NCBI GenBank assembly: GCA_043819795.1
Contig: JBDREN010000003.1
Span: forward strand, 1-20,094
Direction of reading: 5' to 3'
Origin: Elusimicrobiota bacterium
GTDB taxonomy: Bacteria; Elusimicrobiota; Elusimicrobia; UBA1565
DNA: 20,094 nucleotides
Shown: positions 16,401 to 20,094 of the stretch, piece by piece
How the letters are laid out: every line of letters begins with the position of its first letter
How positions within the stretch are numbered: position 1 is the stretch's first letter
Notes under the pieces: model-generated
The model's database searches: none
Told to the model about the DNA's origin: nothing
Seen by the model: the letters and a program-made list of their open reading frames with translations, nothing else
Made by a program: the position numbers and the translations under genes

Positions 16401-19400
16401 CGTGAACTGCCCGGGCTCGTAGACGAGGATCCCGGCGAAGGCCGTGGCCCCGGCCGCGAGGGTCTGGGCGCCGGGCAAGGTGAACGAGGAGGATGTCGTC
16501 TCCGTCAGCGCCACGGTGTCCGTGGCGCCGGAGATGAGGTTCCAGAACCTGTCGGTCCCGCGGACCGTCAGCCCGAAGGGCAGGCCCGTGATCTGCTGGT
16601 CCGGCACGCCCGAGAGCCCCGACGCCGAGCCCGGCAGGGGGGACTCCCCGGCGAGCACCACCTGCAGGCGGTCGAAGCCGGTGGGGACCACGGGCACGAT
16701 CGCGCCCGCGCTCGCCGCCCCGCCCGGAAAAGTCGAGACGCTCAAGACCGTCGGACGCGGGCCCGGCTCGGCCGTCACGAGCGTCAAGGAGAGCTGCGTC
16801 GTGCCGCCCGCGAGCGGCGCCGTCGCGGGCTCGACGTCGAACGGATCGTCCGACGTTATCTTCACGGTGTCGGTGGCGGCCGTCACCCTCGTGAAGTTAT
16901 GCGAGACCGCCAGCACGGTGACCGTGAAGGTGGAGCCCGCCACCTGCGTATCGGCCGAGCCGCTCTTGCCCGCGCCCTCGCTGAAGGACTCGCCCGGGGC
17001 CACGATGAGCATCTCCGGAGAGAACTCCCATCCCGGGTTGTTGCCCCGGTCCACGCTGCGCCCGTCGTTGGCGTAGACCACCGGTCCCGGCGTCGCGTCC
17101 GAGTCCCGGACGTCCGCGGCCGTCACCGTCGAGACCGTGACATCGAGCCGGAAGGCCGCGCCCGGCCGCGAGCTTCTGATGACCACGGGGTCCGAGACCT
17201 TCTGTCCGTTGATCCTGAGCGCTCCGATCGTGTAGAGCTCTCCCGGCTCGAACTCCAGGAGCGTCCCCGGGTTTTGCGCCTCGAACACGTCCGCGCTCAA
17301 GGCCGAGTTGAAGGTCTTGGTCCCCGCGGAGACCGTCAGGATGTGAAGCTGCTGCCGCGTGGCGTCCGCGTAGGTCTGCGTGGACGAGGGGTTCGTGAAG
17401 GCCACGGTGCTGCCCTCCCCCACGAACCTCCCCCCCGTTCCGGTCCAGTCGCCGGCCAGGGAGACCAGGCCCCCGCCCCCCCGCAGGGTGCCCGAGGTCA
17501 GAAGCAGGCTGTCTTGCACGGACAGGGTGTTCGTCGAGGTCAGGACCACGCTGCTGGAGGAGTCCACCTCGAAGACGGAGAACGTCTCCGTGCCGTTCAT
17601 CCGGACCCGCTGTTCGGCCGATCCCGTGAAGCTCACGGTGCTAGCTCCCTGCGAGACGTAGTCGAACCCGCCGCCCGTGTTGATGAAGTCCCCCTTGATG
17701 GACAGCGTCGCGTCCGCGGCCCCCACGACGCGCCCGCCTTCGATCACGAGGTCCCCCTCAAGGAACAGGTCGCCCAGGAGGAAGCTGTCCGACGGGCCGA
17801 CGGGATCGAACCGGACGTTAGCCAATGGTCCGCTCGAAAGCGCCGCCCCCCGGCCCGCGCCCCCGCCCTCGAACACGATCCACGAGCCCGCGTCGAACCG
17901 GTACCCGGAGCCTCCGTCGAATACGATGTCGGAGCTTTCCCTGAGAGTGATCGTGCTCCCGGCCGCGTCAAGGGTCTGGCCGGCCAGCACCCGCAGGGTG
18001 TTGCTCGACCCCGCCACGAAGAGATCTCCCTGGAGGACCGCCGTCTCGTAGACCTCCACCTTGGCGTTCACCGTGCTGCCGGCCGCCACGAATACGCTCT
18101 CGCCGGCGGGCGGCTGCCACCGGACGGTGTGGGCGTCGTTCTCGAAGGAGGTGTAGCCCGCCCCCGCCGTGTCCCACAGGGCCCCGGCTCCCTGCAATGC
18201 GAGGACCTTGTCCCTTCCGTCGAACGCGGCCCCCGGCAGGACCTTGAAGCTGCGCTCGACCGCATGGTTCGCCGTCAAGAGGACCCCGCCGCCCATGTTC
18301 GCGATCACGAGGCGCTCCGTCGCGAAGGAGGCGAAGTCCAGGGACTGGGCTCCGGCGCCGCTCATCGTGACCGTCGATCCGGCCCGCACGAAGGCGTCGC
18401 CTCCGCCGTCGCGCAGGTCGCCTTTGACCTCCACGGCCCGGCCGGCGATGTCCAGCCGCCCCCCGTTGAGCTCCAGGTCTCCGGTCACGACCAGGCCGCT
18501 CGACACGAAGACCGTCGCGGAGGGGAAGCCCGTATTGGAGAAGGCCAGATCATGGAACGTCGACCCCGCCCCCGAGAATATCCGCTGATCCGAGGCCCCG
18601 TCGAAGACGACGGCGCTCGTCTCGCCGTCCACCGACCCGCCCCCGACCGTCCAGTCCCCCCGCACCAGGTGCGTCTGGTTGCCCAGCTTGAGCAGCCCGC
18701 TCGCGACCGTGACGCCGCTCGAGATCCTGGTCGCCGTCGCCAGCACGACGACGTTCGCCGACCCCTGAACGACCAGGTGAGAGAAGCGCCCTCCGGCGAT
18801 GACCGTCTGAGTCGCGCCGGCCGCCGTGAAGGCGACCGTGCCGCCGGGCGCGTTGAACGTCCCCCGGTTGTTCCAGTCCCCGCCGACGTCGAACTCGACG
18901 TCCGCCGCGTTGAGGGCCGCGCCGCTGTTGATCGTCATGGTGGACAGAACCGCGACGGACAAGGGGGCCGGGAACGTGACGCCGGCGGCGTTGGCGATCC
19001 GCAGCCTGCCGAACCCCCCGATGGTCACCGTCTGGGGCCCCGTCCCGTCCAGGAAGGTCTCGTGGCCGGCCGTCGCCGTGAGGCTGCCGCCCCCGGTGAT
19101 CGTGCTGGAGGCGCGCAGGACGTTCGCGCCCGTCAGCGAGAGCTGCCCGCCCGGCTTGATGGTGATCACGCCGTTGACGTCCAGGTCGGAGATCGAGCTC
19201 ACCGACGCCCCTCCGTAGATGTGGAAGTTGTTGAACTTCGCGAGGGGATGCACCGAGACAGACTGCGCCGCGGAGCCGTTGAAGGCGACCGTGCCCTGGC
19301 TCAGCTCGAGCGTCCCGGCGGTCTGCGTCCAGTCCCCCTGGATCTTGAGCTCGATGTTGCCGACGCCGAACTGCCCCCCGGACATCGTCAGATCGCCCGC

Positions 19401-20094
19401 GATCTCGCTGGTCAGGTTGTTCCAGAACACGAGCGCCGAGAAGTCCGGCCCGATGCTCAGCGAGCCGATCGACAGGCTGTCGAAGTCGAATGTGCAGTTC
19501 TTCGTCGTCCCGGTGGAGCCGAAGACGACGTTCTCAGCGTCCCGCGGCGTCTGGTTGTTGACCCAGTTGGCCGGATCCTTGCAGTCGGCCGCGCCCAGGC
19601 CGGTCCAGACCTTGGGCTCGATGAAGGTCGTGCCCGCGCCCCCGTCGGCCCCGCCGTTGGTGCCGACGCCGCGGGCCCCTCCCGCCGCCGACAGCGTGAT
19701 GGTCGAGCGGTTGACGCCGGTCGTCAGCAGGGCGATCCGTCCGCCGGCGCCCCCGCCCCCGGAGTTGAGCCCGTCGGCGCCGTTTCCGCCGTCGGCGGAG
19801 AGCGACCCGCCCCCGTAAAGGCTGCCGGCTTCGATCCGGATCGAGCCTCCGGCCCCGCCCCCGCCGCTGTCGTTGCATCCCGCGCTGCCCGGGGCCCCGT
19901 CGGTCGTGATCGAACCGTCGACCGTGGCCGTCTGCGCCTTCACCCGGAACAGGCCCCCCCCCGCCCCTCCGGGGCAGGGCGCGAGCCCTCCGCCTCCGCC
20001 GCTGCCCAAATCCGCCGGGGCGGGCGCCGTGCCGTAGGCGCCGCCGCCGTTCGTCCCCCGGCCGCCGGCCCCGCCGGCGCCCCCGTAGCCGCCC
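13080..20094 (-). CDS. N-terminal/central part (5'-truncated) of a giant secreted adhesin-like protein: Gly-rich repeats, beta-helix-like repeats, Ig-like domains
   Basis: The frame is open to the window edge (GGYGGAGG...AYG..P.DLGSGGG). It carries ~75-aa GD(W/L/F)...G(S/G)TV.F.G...Q repeats. After about 13464 the translation turns into Arg-rich off-frame sequence, so the real coding part ends at the frameshift. Confidence 0.88.
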   Translation of the reverse strand, partial: GGYGGAGGAGGRGTNGGGAYGTAPAPADLGSGGGGGLAPCPGGAGGGLFRVKAQTATVDGSITTDGAPGSAGCNDSGGGGAGGSIRIEAGSLYGGGSLSADGGNGADGLNSGGGGAGGRIALLTTGVNRSTITLSAAGGARGVGTNGGADGGAGTTFIEPKVWTGLGAADCKDPANWVNNQTPRDAENVVFGSTGTTKNCTFDFDSLSIGSLSIGPDFSALVFWNNLTSEIAGDLTMSGGQFGVGNIELKIQGDWTQTAGTLELSQGTVAFNGSAAQSVSVHPLAKFNNFHIYGGASVSSISDLDVNGVITIKPGGQLSLTGANVLRASSTITGGGSLTATAGHETFLDGTGPQTVTIGGFGRLRIANAAGVTFPAPLSVAVLSTMTINSGAALNAADVEFDVGGDWNNRGTFNAPGGTVAFTAAGATQTVIAGGRFSHLVVQGSANVVVLATATRISSGVTVASGLLKLGNQTHLVRGDWTVGGGSVDGETSAVVFDGASDQRIFSGAGSTFHDLAFSNTGFPSATVFVSSGLVVTGDLELNGGRLDIAGRAVEVKGDLRDGGGDAFVRAGSTVTMSGAGAQSLDFASFATERLVIANMGGGVLLTANHAVERSFKVLPGAAFDGRDKVLALQGAGALWDTAGAGYTSFENDAHTVRWQPPAGESVFVAAGSTVNAKVEVYETAVLQGDLFVAGSSNTLRVLAGQTLDAAGSTITLRESSDIVFDGGSGYRFDAGSWIVFEGGGAGRGAALSSGPLANVRFDPVGPSDSFLLGDLFLEGDLVIEGGRVVGAADATLSIKGDFINTGGGFDYVSQGASTVSFTGSAEQRVRMNGTETFSVFEVDSSSSVVLTSTNTLSVQDSLLLTSGTLRGGGGLVSLAGDWTGTGGRFVGEGSTVAFTNPSSTQTYADATRQQLHILTVSAGTKTFNSALSADVFEAQNPGTLLEFEPGELYTIGALRINGQKVSDPVVIRSSRPGAAFRLDVTVSTVTAADVRDSDATPGPVVYANDGRSVDRGNNPGWEFSPEMLIVAPGESFSEGAGKSGSADTQVAGSTFTVTVLAVSHNFTRVTAATDTVKITSDDPFDVEPATAPLAGGTTQLSLTLVTAEPGPRPTVLSVSTFPGGAASAGAIVPVVPTGFDRLQVVLAGESPLPGSASGLSGVPDQQITGLPFGLTVRGTDRFWNLISGATDTVALTETTSSSFTLPGAQTLAAGATAFAGILVYEPGQFTITASDVSNVVILPDASTIFPVFRISESKPTLTFSIPLNATVGTLSGRLAGRAQDSVSVAGVAVALKDVRAGRYFDWSAETFSLVGPDEEQATVTPFREPDVEWTIAIADARLTNGNDYYVVVKATNPSSIADPAAFTSTLVSTFTFDAGALIFGVGDGEGSAWASTPSTAGCQALVVTSAFTVGPSGIGPGGAVGLRVPEGWTRPQGLHAGPVPPTGYVTIESTSTAWTVAGSSEVLFNPPSIGSVTLGDNWVALRLKDGAPNSLKPDEEIRFIYKGLPPAGPAGLGEQTFDLRTQGDAEGSLVSISTVPKISLTAGAARSLRFSEYRRLSLGPLQLSPTMQLVVTDACGNQQAAAGNVEAALSVGTVSATGFFRDSGVEFLLSGGISTGSVTVAAGLSVSPEFRYRTSSAVAGSEFVRATATVSGTSAEASRLVGRRAAPAALSGVSIDTGTLAPGATSVVLVPGVRDLNAFIRFGLSDSSVDWEMSVATGPGAAQTVFRASGPGDPDRPIQVTFDGIACAGSVCRFVAPGVYKVRIAAAGGAVENNSLEVRVSTTPWVFGDLGISGAGAVVRAEGPGAGLGNFALADSSGAFRIFGLAEGRAYNVIAATETFAQRQVLSLSTGAFGVWASTSGTDVGTLGFPAPAFIRVSVGIPILAPEEFWGRVRARNAGYSRKTEGTLHFARSAASSDDGAQTLGRTASTWTVLGLPPDTYELEIDLAAIGISTRVTGVAVSTFTDVVVPLRRKANVYGSVVLPSTKPFGAWVSVMATRPGERAPARFKGAFVEPASGGVVPTSAPYTVFGLDVGSWTIRAESRGFVSTTTVLYVPDDGDIGDPQTGAGNLDLPLGQGLVIRGTVSVTGDTALLAGAAAGSGPAFADPGAFAVFVEALDPATRRSCGEYVRLSTAATVTAATFTITGLEPGSYRVDALLRGYRKTPPGPATVEVSTSAPGVVGLEFSPDSARAEFAVWIPPPAPPVPLRRRFRRGGILPARAGYRAEGRGRRHDAGGADDVPVSRLQHELPVSSARDRLLQLPAHARPLGQRRRRVSGSGRRRHGLGRHRPLGLHLHGIRQGLGVGRRALEPGGLQRERQLGPGAAGAVAFR

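Noticed and set aside
13080..20094. Autotransporter or PE-PGRS assignment of the giant protein
   Set aside because: The fused C-terminus is a FlgD/CTD-like domain, not a translocator barrel, and the Gly-rich block alternates with beta-strands rather than forming PGRS-type repeats.

Overview
High-GC bacterial window. A minus-strand housekeeping block (phosphoglucomutase/phosphomannomutase, eno, ftsB-like, MBL hydrolase, lgt, rluD-like) is flanked by two accessory modules with the same layout: a protein ending in a FlgD-Ig/T9SS type-A-like C-terminal sorting domain (CTD), followed by its own PorV/PorQ-family beta-barrel gene. The left module is the tail of a cargo gene (1-402) plus porV-like copy 1. 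The right module is a giant surface protein (about 3,390 aa within the window, start beyond the right edge) plus porV-like copy 2. The giant gene is split by a single-base frameshift at a C8 run (13464-13471) and carries a ZU5-like domain with an HFS autoproteolysis-type motif just before its CTD. Also present are an orphan secreted acidic protein with five Cys pairs, a 55-bp tandem hairpin repeat between pgm and eno, a REP-doublet-like pair at 403-511, and several sigma70-like promoters. The best candidate for an undescribed system is a T9SS-like cargo/cognate-PorV pairing with possible self-cleavage of the sorting signal. The style suggests a non-Bacteroidota lineage such as Elusimicrobiota, but that is inference only. 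No database searches were run.
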